Below, one piece after another: positions 1 to 11,073 of a stretch of 36,132 nt of DNA (positions are counted from its first letter, which is position 1; each line of letters starts with the position of its first letter). A program made the translations under genes and the position numbers. This stretch comes from an uncultured Myxococcales bacterium (GTDB lineage: Bacteria; Myxococcota; UBA4151). The notes below the pieces were generated by a model. That model saw only the letters and a program-made list of their open reading frames with translations. It did not search any database and was not told where the DNA came from. Location of the stretch: positions 1-36,132 of the forward strand of contig CAXGWI010000023.1 in NCBI GenBank assembly GCA_964013405.1. The letters run 5' to 3'.

Positions 1-492
1 CGCCTGGGTCGGGACGACAATGGCATCGAGTTGTTTCAGCGTCGCAGTCGGCAGCGTGTCGCAGACGTCGTCCAAAAGCATTTAGAAGGCCTCAATATTC
101 CGAGCTTGATGGATCAGACTCGGCAGCGACTCGAAGAACAGGTGAGCTTCGTGAAAGAGCGCCTAGAGGCCCGCTATGGCCTTGGGGAGCGAGAGGCATC
201 CCCCGATGCTGGCGATGGCCCCGAGGTCCAAGGCCAGCGCATGGCGACGTTTGCCATTGGCCTCTTTGATCATTTCTTGACGGCTTCTCAAGCGGCGACC
301 CCCGAGGTGGAACCAGCGACCCGCCGCCAAGAGTTCGTTGCCATGGTCCGTGATGCGGTGAGGTCGAGCCTTGAGGAAACTCGCAGCGCGCTTAGTGGCC
401 TTGATGCTCTGGACGATGAGCTCTCGGCCCGTCTTGAGCGCACCTTCGATACCTTCGACGCTCGCCTTGAGTCCTTTGGACAGGAGGCCTAG
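1..492 (+). CDS. DUF5610-like helical protein, 5'-truncated by the window edge
   Basis: The frame is open from base 1 to TAG at 490-492. The C-terminal 'RMATFAIGLFDHF...EFVAMVRDAVRSSLEETRSALSGLDALDDELSARLERTFD' resembles the DUF5610 pattern (recalled, not searched). Confidence 0.6.
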   Translation, partial: RLGRDDNGIELFQRRSRQRVADVVQKHLEGLNIPSLMDQTRQRLEEQVSFVKERLEARYGLGEREASPDAGDGPEVQGQRMATFAIGLFDHFLTASQAATPEVEPATRRQEFVAMVRDAVRSSLEETRSALSGLDALDDELSARLERTFDTFDARLESFGQEA

Positions 493-495
493 CCC

Positions 496-1371
496 GTGGA
501 AAGATCGCGCTTTGTCACCGGACTGCTGCTTGCCTTCTCCTTGGGGGGCCTCGCATGCACCGCTGGGGGTTCAGAGACGCCAGATGCGGGATCAGCCCCG
601 GTGGCAGATACGGGCCCCGAAGATCTGAGTTTTGATGCGCCTCGGGTGCTCCTCCATGAAGCTTTTTCCGGCTCCAACTGTGGGCCTTGCCTGGAAGCCG
701 ACGCCAACCTGCAGGCGGTGCTCGACCAGCGGCCCGGTCAATATACACTCATCCATTACCAGGTGGGCAGTGACCCCTATATGAGTCACGAATCGGTCGC
801 TCGCCGGTTCTACTACCTTCCCGAGGGCGCGCAGAGCTACGGCATCCCTTATCTCCATGTGGATGGGGTCAACGGCATGCATCCTAACGAAGTGAACAAT
901 GATCAGGGTTACCTCTTGGACAATTTTGATCAGTTTCTTCAGGCGCCATGTCATCTCCGCTTGGAGAGCCAACATACGGTGTCAGGCCAGACCGTAGAGA
1001 TCCAAGTTGGCCTGGAGGCAGGCGGCGATTACCTCAGCGAAGACCTCGTCCTGCATGTGGCGATCCTCGAAGGTGTCACCGTGAACAATGTGGGGACCAA
1101 CGGTCAGACCGAGTTTCACCACGTGATGAAGAAAATGCTGCCGAACGCGGACGGACGACCCTTGCCTCCTCTCGTGACGGGGGATCGTATGGGCCGCAAC
1201 TACAGCTATACGTTTCAGGGTGACTACAACCCAGACACGAGCCGCCAGAATATGGTCAATCACGCCACTGAGCACACGGTCGAAGACTTTGATGATCTCG
1301 AAGTGCTCGTCTGGGTTCAGGACCGTGTGACGAAACAAGTCCATCAGTCCGCCTGGTCCGTGGTGGAGTAG
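496..1371 (+). CDS. Omp28-related thioredoxin-like outer-membrane lipoprotein
   Basis: Lipobox 'GGLAC'; thioredoxin-like 'VLLHEAFSGSNCGPC' (CxxC); 'YGIPYLHVDG' cis-Pro loop; Omp28-type 'VAILEG...GTNGQTEFHHVMKKMLP' and 'LEVLVWVQD...QS'. Confidence 0.75.
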   Translation: MERSRFVTGLLLAFSLGGLACTAGGSETPDAGSAPVADTGPEDLSFDAPRVLLHEAFSGSNCGPCLEADANLQAVLDQRPGQYTLIHYQVGSDPYMSHESVARRFYYLPEGAQSYGIPYLHVDGVNGMHPNEVNNDQGYLLDNFDQFLQAPCHLRLESQHTVSGQTVEIQVGLEAGGDYLSEDLVLHVAILEGVTVNNVGTNGQTEFHHVMKKMLPNADGRPLPPLVTGDRMGRNYSYTFQGDYNPDTSRQNMVNHATEHTVEDFDDLEVLVWVQDRVTKQVHQSAWSVVE

Positions 1372-1438
1372 GTCCCTTGCATCGGTGGACCCGATGGTCG
1401 ACGGTGACATTCCTGTTGAGCCCCGTTAAGAGCCCGCC

Positions 1439-2539
1439 ATGAGCGCTGGTATTCTCGTCAGTCAGACCTTGCAGTCTCTGGTGCAATCCGGAGCGATTCG
1501 TTTGGGGCGACCGCCAGCGGCTGGACAGATTCAGCCCAGTAGTCTCGACCTGCGGATCGGCGCTAGGCTTTGGCAGCTCCAATGCAGCTTCTTACCGGGT
1601 CCCGAGGGGATCGAGGCCAAGCTCAACCGCCTCGCAACTGCGGAGTATCGTTTCGACGGTGATGAACCCGTGGTGCTCCATCAGGGGGGCGTCTACCTTG
1701 CGGAGTTGGAGGAGGGGCTCGCATTGCCGCCGGAGATTTGGGGCCGGGGGAACCCGAAGTCGAGCACGGGACGTCTGGATGTGTTTGTTCGGCTCCTCAC
1801 CCTGCACGGTGACGCGTTCGATACGGTCCCGGCCGGCTACCAGGGCCCTCTCTTCTTGGAGATCACGCCCCAGAGCTTTCACGTGAAGATTCGCCAGGGA
1901 GACACCCTGGCCCAGCTGCGCTTAGCCCGAGGGCGGCCGGGCCTCTCGGCCCAGGCCCTGGAGCGCTGGCAGCAGAGCCAGCCTGTGTGCAGTTGGTCCG
2001 ATGGGTCGCCGGCGCCTGTGATCGATGCCGCCCCACCGGGCGTGTTGTTGCAAGTGGACCTGCTTGGCCAAGGGCAGGAGCCCGTCGGCTATATGGCCCG
2101 TCGTCACCAGCCGCCCGTCGACCTGCGGGACCGGGGGCTGTCCGTATCCCAGTATTGGACGCCGCTGCACGAACATGAAGGCGGACAAGTCCTCGAGCCC
2201 GAACAGTTCTATATCTTCGCCACCCGGGAGCGTTTGCGCATCCCACCGGAACTCTGTGCGGAGTTGGTGGCCTTCGACGCCACGAAGGGGGAGCTACGGA
2301 CCCACTATGCGGGCTTTATCGACTCTGGCTTTGGCTGGAGTGAGGATGGCAGCATCGATGGTGCACGCCTGGTTCTCGAGATCCGCACCCACGATTTACC
2401 TTTTCTCCTGGAGCATGGCCAAGCGCTGTTCCGGGTAGAGTTCATGGCCAACGAAGCGATTCCCGAGAACCTCTATGGCCAGTCATCCAACAATTATCAG
2501 GGACAAGGGCTGCGCTTAGCCAAGCAGTTTGGTGCTTAA
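1439..2539 (+). CDS. dcd: 2'-deoxycytidine 5'-triphosphate deaminase (long two-domain form)
   Basis: Motifs 'QIQPSSLDLR', 'NPKSSTGRLDVFVR', 'LEITPQSF', 'GELRTHYAGFIDSGFG' and 'NYQGQGLRLAKQF'. Confidence 0.9.
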   Translation: MSAGILVSQTLQSLVQSGAIRLGRPPAAGQIQPSSLDLRIGARLWQLQCSFLPGPEGIEAKLNRLATAEYRFDGDEPVVLHQGGVYLAELEEGLALPPEIWGRGNPKSSTGRLDVFVRLLTLHGDAFDTVPAGYQGPLFLEITPQSFHVKIRQGDTLAQLRLARGRPGLSAQALERWQQSQPVCSWSDGSPAPVIDAAPPGVLLQVDLLGQGQEPVGYMARRHQPPVDLRDRGLSVSQYWTPLHEHEGGQVLEPEQFYIFATRERLRIPPELCAELVAFDATKGELRTHYAGFIDSGFGWSEDGSIDGARLVLEIRTHDLPFLLEHGQALFRVEFMANEAIPENLYGQSSNNYQGQGLRLAKQFGA

Positions 2540-2540
2540 C

Positions 2541-3973
2541 ATGGGCCGTTTGTCTCGCATCGTGATCCTGGGCTTCGGCGCAGCCTCCTGTACACCAGCG
2601 GAACCCTCGCCCCAGCCGGATGCAGGGCTTGTTTTCGATGGGGCTGTTGTCGCCGACGCAGGGGCTGCTCTTGATGGGGGCCATGCATCCGATGGCGGGC
2701 AAGCCCCCGATGGAGGGGCTACCGTTTGCGGTGATGGCCAGGTGGAGCCCGGTGAATACTGCGACGATGGCAATGAGGTGGAGACCGACGACTGCGCCAA
2801 TGACTGCACGCCCACGGCGCCTTTCCGAGCCTACGATGAAGAGATCAACGGCGTTCTTGCACGCTACGATGTGCCCGGCGCCACCGTGGCGGTCACCAAG
2901 GACGAGCGTCTTGTTTTACTTCGGGCTTACGGCGATGCCCACCGGGACGAAGGGCGAGTCATGGCTCGCCATCACCGAATGCGCATCGCCAGCCTCTCGA
3001 AGCCGATCACAGCCGTCGCGGTCTTGCTGCTGGTCGAGCGGGGGCAGTTGGGTCTGGAGGACGCCGCCTTTGACTTCTTTGAGGATGTGCTGCCCCCAGC
3101 GGGCCAAGATCCCGACCCACGCCTCGCTGACATCACCATCCATCACCTCTTGGTTCATGCCGGGGGGTGGAATCGGTCCGTGAGTGGTGACCCCATGTTC
3201 AAGAGTCGGCTCATTTCCCAGGCCCTGAACATCCCAGGGCCGGCGACAGCCGAGGATACCCTGCGCTATATGTTGGGGCAGCCTTTGGATTTTGCGCCGG
3301 GGAGCAACTACCACTACTCGAACTTTGGCTACTCGGTGTTGGGCCGGATCATCGAGCGGGTGACGGGCCAAAGCTATGAAGCCTTCGTTCAAGATGAGGT
3401 CCTCGGGCCCATGGGCATCACCGGCATGGAGATCGGCCGCACCTTCCCCGCCGATCAGCCTGCAGACGAAGTGCATTATCACCTCTATGACGGCGCGATC
3501 GACGTGATCTCGGTCTTTCCAGAGGTGGAGGGGCGCGTGCCTCGAACCGAGGGGGGCTGGCACCAAGAGGCCTTGGATTCCCATGGGGGATGGATTGCCA
3601 ATGCCGGGGATTTGGCTCGATTCCTCACCGGTGTGGATGGGCGCCGTGTTCGGCCTGATGTACTCTCTGAGGCGAGCGTAGAGACCATGATCGCTCGACC
3701 CGATATTTCCCGCTGGCAAAACCGGAACGCCTTTTATGCCATGGGCTGGATGATCCGACCCAATCGCGATGATGCCAACTGGTGGCATAACGGCGCATTA
3801 CCCGGGACTTCGACCTTCTTCGTACGCACTTGGAATGGGCTCACGTGGGTCATTCTCACCAACGGGCGCCCCCAGGCGTCCGATGCCTTTCTTGGCGAGT
3901 TAGACGAAGCCATGGGCCGGGCCGCCGCCGCCGTGACCGATTGGCCTGATTACGACTTGTTTACGCGCAGCCC

Positions 3974-3977
<4 letters not shown>
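2541..3977 (+). CDS. Serine hydrolase (beta-lactamase class C-like family) lipoprotein with one Myxococcus Cys-rich (DUF4215) repeat
   Basis: ATG 2541 lies just after the dcd stop. Lipobox 'GAASC'; repeat 'CGDGQVEPGEYCDDGN..DDCANDC'; catalytic SxxK 'RIASLSK', YxN 'YSNFGY' and 'WHNGALPG'. Confidence 0.85.
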
Positions 3978-5563
<1,586 letters not shown>

Positions 5564-5588
5564 CGGGGACTCCTTGGATGATCAGCCG

Positions 5589-6119
5589 TTACCGACGGCG
5601 ATATTTTAGGGTGTAGCGGATGGGTTGGGCGAGTTCCTTGGACTCAACGGTCACCTGCCAGAGCATGAGTTGGCCATCCTGACTGAGAGAGATATGGTGG
5701 GTTCGCTTGCCTCGTTCGCTAACGAAACGTTCGATGAGGCGGGGGGATTCATAAGATCTGCTCAGTGTCGCTTTCGTGCCCCGGGGGGTGATGATCGAAC
5801 GAGGCTTCCCGTTTAAGTCGGTCCACCAGGCTTTGCGCAAGGGTGTCATGATGAGCATTTTCCCGGCCTGCGTACTGATCGTAATCTCTGAAGCGATCTG
5901 ATTGTTCTGTCGCAAGATATCCCCAGCCCGCCAGCGGACCAATAGGTTTCGGTTCGCAAGGCTCTTGTCGATGGCTTTGCCAACGGTCACGGCTTGCCGC
6001 TTGGCTTGCACCGGTTGATACCGGCCTGCAAAGGCTGCGGCTCCGACGGTCTCGTCCGGGGTGGTGGGACCGCCCCCGATGAGCAAGGGGAGTGCAACAA
6101 GTAGCGGGGACGAAAGCAC
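5589..6119 (-). CDS. Secreted hypothetical protein, possible FABP/lipocalin-like beta-barrel
   Basis: GTG start with AAGGAG RBS (6129-6124); hydrophobic N-terminus; 'AFAGRY' followed by two helices and a run of beta-strands ending 'PIRYTLKYRRR'. The fold is an inference. Confidence 0.6.
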   Translation of the reverse strand: MLSSPLLVALPLLIGGGPTTPDETVGAAAFAGRYQPVQAKRQAVTVGKAIDKSLANRNLLVRWRAGDILRQNNQIASEITISTQAGKMLIMTPLRKAWWTDLNGKPRSIITPRGTKATLSRSYESPRLIERFVSERGKRTHHISLSQDGQLMLWQVTVESKELAQPIRYTLKYRRR

Positions 6120-6155
6120 GGTACTCCTTGGTCTGTGATCTATTTAGGATACCAG

Positions 6156-6161
6156 ATTATA
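6156..6161 (-). promoter_or_regulatory. Putative sigma70 -10 box for the 6119 gene
   Basis: A perfect TATAAT on the minus strand in the AT-rich holA-6119 gap. No well-spaced -35 was found. Confidence 0.45.
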
Positions 6162-6174
6162 GCCCAGACATTCC

Positions 6175-7173
6175 CTAAAGCGCACAAATCTCAAGGCAGA
6201 GAGCTTGGACGCTGCGGGTTTGCAGCGTGCGGGTGTCGCTGGCCCGCCAACCGCCTTTGATTCGGCTCTCTGCCCGGCCCAGAGCGACCAGAGCACCGCC
6301 GATCGCCTGTGGGCTCCAACGGCGGGCATGGGGGGTCAACTTTCGAACCTCCCAGTCTCGGATTCCAGCGGCTTTGGCCAGGTGCGGCCCCCGCAGGCCG
6401 CGATGGTGACCATCGACGATCTTTGCGAGCACACGAAATCGATATTGCAGGGCCGGGATCAGTTGGTAGCCGCTGACTTGGTCTTGCTCGAGGGCCTCAA
6501 CCAGGGCCAGAGCCTCCGCCTGGGCCCGCCGGATCAGGTGATCGGCTAAGCGCCAAACATCCTCATCGAGCACATTTCTGACCATCTGGCGGACGGTTTC
6601 CCGATCCAAGGCCTCGCCCTCACTAAAGAGGACCAACTTTTGCACCTCGTTGCGCAGTAACTGACGGTCTCCCGCGACCGATGCGATCAGCAGGTCGACC
6701 GCTTCGGCGTCGAGCTGTAATTCCAGTCGCTCGAGTTCGCTCAAAAGCCACCGTCTAAGGTTTTCGGGGCCGTAGTCCGGGTGGTCATGAATCCAGCCGG
6801 ACTTTCTCGCCTTCTTGATCAGGCTCAAGCGGCCATCGGGTTTGCCCTGGCTCACCAGGACCAAGAGCGTCGAAGGATTCGGCCCATCTAAATAGTCGGC
6901 GAGGCCTCGCAGGGTTTTTGCCGTGCTCGTTCCCCCGGTGCCGTGCCATTCCACCAAACGGGCTGGGGCGAAGGCTGGCATGGAATGACAGGCATCGAGG
7001 ATCGAGCCTACGGTAAACTCGTCCCCGTAGAAGCGCTGCATATTCATTTCAGCCATGGGGCCTTCTCGAAAGGGAGCACGGATCCGGTCGAGGGTTTCTT
7101 GGATGCCGAGGGGGTCTGCCCCGCAGAGGAATGCGACCGGTCCATAGCGCTCCATGACCGCATCCTGATTCAC
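6175..7173 (-). CDS. holA: DNA polymerase III subunit delta
   Basis: Follows leuS-lptE (conserved operon). The GTG start at 7173 overlaps the lptE TGA. Motifs 'SMPAFAPARLV', 'YLDGPNPSTLLVL', 'NEVQKLVLF' and 'AESRIKGG'. Confidence 0.88.
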   Translation of the reverse strand: MNQDAVMERYGPVAFLCGADPLGIQETLDRIRAPFREGPMAEMNMQRFYGDEFTVGSILDACHSMPAFAPARLVEWHGTGGTSTAKTLRGLADYLDGPNPSTLLVLVSQGKPDGRLSLIKKARKSGWIHDHPDYGPENLRRWLLSELERLELQLDAEAVDLLIASVAGDRQLLRNEVQKLVLFSEGEALDRETVRQMVRNVLDEDVWRLADHLIRRAQAEALALVEALEQDQVSGYQLIPALQYRFRVLAKIVDGHHRGLRGPHLAKAAGIRDWEVRKLTPHARRWSPQAIGGALVALGRAESRIKGGWRASDTRTLQTRSVQALCLEICAL

Positions 7174-7634
7174 TTGAGCACCTCCGCCAAGGCGTCGGCG
7201 AGGCGTTGCCCGAGACTTTCGGCTGCTCGTTGTAAGGCTTGAATTCGACCCGCGGGACTTCCTTCTGGATCCACCTGCACCGTGGCCCGGGCCCGATAGA
7301 CCCGCGGCGAGCCCTCGATACGGGCGGTCGCTTCCACGGTGAACTGCTCGCCATAGGCGACGACGCCCGTCGGGACGCTGGAGTAAAGGGGCAACTCCTT
7401 CCATGGCTGGATCTCGATTTGGAGCGCCTTGGAGGGGCCGTTGCCACCGCGCAAGCCGCGGGCTGCTAGGGCCGCCGGGAGTCGGGCTCTGAGGGTTTCG
7501 CCCACCCTTTGGGCGCCCAAATCCCGTACGGTCACCGGCTGGAGTGGCCCGCCGTGCCGGTTTTCACCGACCGCAAAATGGAAGCCGCAGCCCATCCACA
7601 GCGCAGCGATTCCGATGGCGAGGCAGTTTTTCAT
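7170..7634 (-). CDS. lptE: LPS-assembly lipoprotein LptE-like
   Basis: Lipobox 'WMGCGFHF' (CGF/CGY pattern); sits between leuS and holA; C-terminal amphipathic helix 'ALQRAAESLGQRL'. Confidence 0.72.
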   Translation of the reverse strand: MKNCLAIGIAALWMGCGFHFAVGENRHGGPLQPVTVRDLGAQRVGETLRARLPAALAARGLRGGNGPSKALQIEIQPWKELPLYSSVPTGVVAYGEQFTVEATARIEGSPRVYRARATVQVDPEGSPAGRIQALQRAAESLGQRLADALAEVLK

Positions 7635-10112
7635 TCAGCGAGCCACGAAGTTGACCAGACGCCCGGGCACGACGATCTCTTTGATGATTGTCTTGCCTTC
7701 GAGATGTCGCTGGACGTTTGCATCAGCTTTTGCCGCGGCGAGGATCTCGTCTTTGCCTGCATCGACAGGGACCTGAACTGTGCCCCGGAGTTTACCCATG
7801 ACTTGCACCGCGATCGTGATCTCATCGGCCGCTGCCGCTTCCTCGTCTACCGGTGGCCAGTCACAGTTGATGAGGGGGGTGTCACCGCCGAGGCGGAACC
7901 ACAGCTCGTCAGCGATATGGGGCGCAAAGGGGGCGAGGGCCTGAACCGAGAGGATGATCGCCTCCCGGGCGACGGCTGGGTGGACATTGAGTTCACCACC
8001 GAGGCCCGAGGCATTGACGGCGTTCATGTGCTCCATGATCGCTGCGATTGCCGTGTTGAAATGCAGATGCTGCTCGATGTCTTTGCTGACCTTTTTAAGC
8101 ATCCAATGGGTGCTTCGCCGTAGTTCCCGGTCGGCTTTGGACAGGGTCTCGGGCAGGGGCGTGTTTGGGAGTTCGGCGGCAGCGAGCCCGAGGCGCCAGA
8201 CCCGCTTCAGGAAGCGATAGCTACCCTCCACCCCGTTCGGATTCCATTCCAGTTCCTTCTCCGGCGGTGCGGCGAAGAGCATGAAGAGCCTGGCGGTGTC
8301 TGCACCATAGCGGTCGATGATCTCATTGGGATCGACCACATTGCCTTTGGACTTGCTCATCTTCGCGCCGTCCTTGATCACCATCCCCTGACAGGTCAGC
8401 CGCTCGAAGGGCTCACGGGTCTCGAAGTATCCGGCATCGGCCAGGAACTTGGTAAAGAAGCGAGCATAGAGCAGGTGCATGCAGGCATGCTCGACGCCAC
8501 CGATGTAATGGTTCACTGGAAACCATTTCGCCACGGCTTCGGGGGCAAAGGGGAGCGTCTCATTCCGGGGGTCGAGGTAGCGCAGGAAATACCAACTGGA
8601 CTCCCAAAAGGTATCGAAGGTGTCGGTTTCTCGAATCGCCGGGGTTCCACATTGGGGGCAATCAACATGCTTCCAAGTCGGGTGGTCGGCCAGGGGTGAG
8701 CCTGCACCTGAGAACGACACGTCTTGGGGTAACTCCACCGGCAGTTCGTCATCGGGAACAGGCACGATGCCACAGGTCCCGCAATGGACCACTGGAATGG
8801 GGCAGCCCCAGTACCGTTGGCGGCTGACCCCCCAGTCACGGAGGCGGAAGTTGATCGTTGGACCGCCTCGGTCCATGGTTTGCAGTCGCTCTGAAATCGC
8901 GGTTTTCGCCGCTTCATAGTCCAGCCCATCGAAGCCGGGGGAATTGAACAATTGGCCCCCGCCTTCATAGGCTGCTTCCATCGTCTCAGGCACCAGAGGC
9001 TCGTCGACATCTGGCGGCTGAATCACGGGGACCAGATCGAGCCCATAGGCCCGGGCAAACTCGAAGTCCCTTTGATCGTGGGCCGGCACGCTCATCACAG
9101 CGCCGGTGCCGTAGTCCATGAGGACGAAGTTCGCGATCCAGATAGGAATCTTCCGGTCCAGCAGGGGGTGCTGGGCGTACATCCCCGTGAAGATGCCTTT
9201 CTTCTCTTTCACTTCACCATGGCCCGCCGAATTCTTCTCGGCCTGGACCTGGTCGACAAAAGCTTCCACGGCAGCGGTTGTCCCGGCCCGCTGGGCTAAA
9301 TCAAGGGCGAGCGGATGTTCGGCGGCCAGGGCCATATAGGTACAGCCCAGAAGCGTATCAGGGCGGGTGGTAAAGACCGTAACGGGCTCAAGGTCATCGA
9401 CACCGTCGACTTTGAAGTCGATCCGGGCACCCACGGAGCGACCGATCCAGTTACGTTGCATCGCCCGCACCGCATCGGGCCACGCGTCGAGTTGGTCGAG
9501 TGCTTCGAGGAGTTCCTCGGCGTAATCCGTGATCCGAATCGACCAACTTTCCAGTTCCCGTTTCTCGACGGGGGCACCGCTGCGCCAGCCACAGCCGTCG
9601 ACCACCTGCTCGTTGGCAAGAACCGTCTGGTCCACGGGGTCCCAGTTAACCCATTGCTTGGAGCGATAGGCGACCCCCCGCTCGAGCATCTCGAGAAAGA
9701 TCTTCTGTTCCCAGCGGTAGTAACCTGGATGGCAGGTCGCCAATTCCCGATCCCAGTCGTAGCTCAGACCCATCCGCTGTAACTGCTCCCGCATCTCGTC
9801 GATATTGGCGTAGGTCCACGTGCCGGGGTGACTGTTGTTTTTAATCGCCGCGTTTTCCGCCGGCATGCCAAAGGCATCCCAGCCGATCGGGTGCAGCACA
9901 TCGTAGCCCTGCATCCGGAGATAGCGGCAGTGGGCATCGCCGATCGAATAGTTGCGGACGTGCCCCATATGGATGCGCCCACTAGGGTAAGGAAACATTT
10001 CAAGGAGGTAATAGGGCTCGCCGCCCTGTTCGTTGGCCCGGTAGACCCCCTGGGCCTCCCATGTCGCCTGCCAGCGGGATTCGATTTCCTGGGGGTCGTA
10101 GTCAGCGCTCAC
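7635..10112 (-). CDS. leuS: Leucine--tRNA ligase
   Basis: 'MFPYPSGRIHMGH' (HIGH), editing motif 'FTTRPDT', 'GTGAVMSVPAHDQRD', 'KMSKS' and 'VPGRLVNFV'. The start is placed at GTG 10112, after AGGAG (10125-10121). Confidence 0.98.
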   Translation of the reverse strand: MSADYDPQEIESRWQATWEAQGVYRANEQGGEPYYLLEMFPYPSGRIHMGHVRNYSIGDAHCRYLRMQGYDVLHPIGWDAFGMPAENAAIKNNSHPGTWTYANIDEMREQLQRMGLSYDWDRELATCHPGYYRWEQKIFLEMLERGVAYRSKQWVNWDPVDQTVLANEQVVDGCGWRSGAPVEKRELESWSIRITDYAEELLEALDQLDAWPDAVRAMQRNWIGRSVGARIDFKVDGVDDLEPVTVFTTRPDTLLGCTYMALAAEHPLALDLAQRAGTTAAVEAFVDQVQAEKNSAGHGEVKEKKGIFTGMYAQHPLLDRKIPIWIANFVLMDYGTGAVMSVPAHDQRDFEFARAYGLDLVPVIQPPDVDEPLVPETMEAAYEGGGQLFNSPGFDGLDYEAAKTAISERLQTMDRGGPTINFRLRDWGVSRQRYWGCPIPVVHCGTCGIVPVPDDELPVELPQDVSFSGAGSPLADHPTWKHVDCPQCGTPAIRETDTFDTFWESSWYFLRYLDPRNETLPFAPEAVAKWFPVNHYIGGVEHACMHLLYARFFTKFLADAGYFETREPFERLTCQGMVIKDGAKMSKSKGNVVDPNEIIDRYGADTARLFMLFAAPPEKELEWNPNGVEGSYRFLKRVWRLGLAAAELPNTPLPETLSKADRELRRSTHWMLKKVSKDIEQHLHFNTAIAAIMEHMNAVNASGLGGELNVHPAVAREAIILSVQALAPFAPHIADELWFRLGGDTPLINCDWPPVDEEAAAADEITIAVQVMGKLRGTVQVPVDAGKDEILAAAKADANVQRHLEGKTIIKEIVVPGRLVNFVAR

Positions 10113-10214
10113 CGTGAATTCTCCTACGGGAAGCAGGTGGTTATGCCCTGACAGCGTAGCTGTCCAGAGGAGCCTCTGAGGGAAGCCTGCGCCGGTTGAT
10201 CGATGCCATTTCCG

Positions 10215-10241
10215 TTGACAGCGCCTCCGAGCAGCCATAAT
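10215..10241 (+). promoter_or_regulatory. Putative sigma70 promoter of rpsT
   Basis: TTGACA (10215-10220), a short 15-nt spacer, CATAAT (10236-10241); GAGGAGG RBS before the ATG at 10286. Confidence 0.55.
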
Positions 10242-10285
10242 GGCAGCCCGCTTCGCTCCCTGAGGGGGCGGTTTGAGGAGGCAAA

Positions 10286-10543
10286 ATGGCAAATAGCGCC
10301 AGCGCCATGAAGCGGGTTCGTCAGAACGAGAAGCGTCGACTTCGTAACCGTGTGGTCCACGGGTCCTACCGCAACGCGGTGGCCACCGCGCGTGAGGCCA
10401 TCGATACCGGGTCCGATCAGGCAGCCGCTTTGGTGGCGGAAGCCAGTCGCCAGTTGGATCGGGCCGTGACCAAGGGGGTGTTGCACCGCTCCACAGCCAG
10501 CCGGCGTATCAGTCGTCTGGCGAAGGCCCTTGCGAACAACTGA
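10286..10543 (+). CDS. rpsT: 30S ribosomal protein S20
   Basis: 'MANSASAMKRVRQNEKRRLRNR...LDRAVTKGVLHRSTASRRISRL'. Confidence 0.97.
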   Translation: MANSASAMKRVRQNEKRRLRNRVVHGSYRNAVATAREAIDTGSDQAAALVAEASRQLDRAVTKGVLHRSTASRRISRLAKALANN

Positions 10544-10584
10544 TCGACGGATTCCGTCCTCTGCTTGAGGACGAGTACGGACTT

Positions 10585-10616
10585 GAGACGGGGCCCCTCA
10601 GCGGCCCCGTTTCTCA
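10585..10616 (+). terminator. Hairpin downstream of rpsT (intrinsic terminator-like or attenuator)
   Basis: GAGACGGGGCC-cctcagc-GGCCCCGTTTC forms an 11-bp stem with one G:U pair. The U-tract is weak. Confidence 0.55.
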
Positions 10617-10629
10617 TTGAAGGGAAGCC

Positions 10630-11073
10630 ATGCAGACCCAGATCATGGATGCCATGAAAGCGGCGATGAAGGCCCGAGACGCGGTGCGGTTGACCGCCCT
10701 GCGGGCCATCAAGTCGGCCCTCAAGAACCAAGAAATCGATCAGGGCTCCGCCTTGAGTGATGCCGATTGCATCAAGGTCATCCGGGCCCAAGCGAAGCAG
10801 ATTCGTGAGACGATCGCTGGCTTCGAAGCGGCCGACCGAGGGGGTGAAGCCGATGAGGCTCGGGCCCAACTCGAGGTCATGGAGTCATTCCTGCCTTCCG
10901 CGCTCAGCGACGATGAGGTTGCCGCCCTGGTCGCCCGGGCCATCGAAGCCTCTGGCGCCACGTCGATGCGAGACATGGGGGCGGTGATGAAGCTGGCCAC
11001 CGAAGAAGCTGCGGGAAGGGCCGATGGCCGGCAGTTGTCGACAGCGGTCAAGGCGGCGCTGCTGGGAGGTTAA
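10630..11073 (+). CDS. GatB/YqeY domain-containing protein
   Basis: 'MKAAMKARDAVRLTALRAIKSALKN', 'FLPSALSDDE' and 'ATSMRDMGAVM...GRADG'. Confidence 0.93.
   Translation: MQTQIMDAMKAAMKARDAVRLTALRAIKSALKNQEIDQGSALSDADCIKVIRAQAKQIRETIAGFEAADRGGEADEARAQLEVMESFLPSALSDDEVAALVARAIEASGATSMRDMGAVMKLATEEAAGRADGRQLSTAVKAALLGG

Noticed and set aside
7174..10292. N-terminal extensions of holA (to 7404) and leuS (to 10292) given by the ORF track
   Set aside because: They overlap lptE and the rpsT promoter region. Better starts with an RBS or stop/start coupling exist at 7173 and 10112. The track starts for YceI, tpm, the cell-surface protein, the Cys-rich protein, oleC and oleD were shortened for the same reason.
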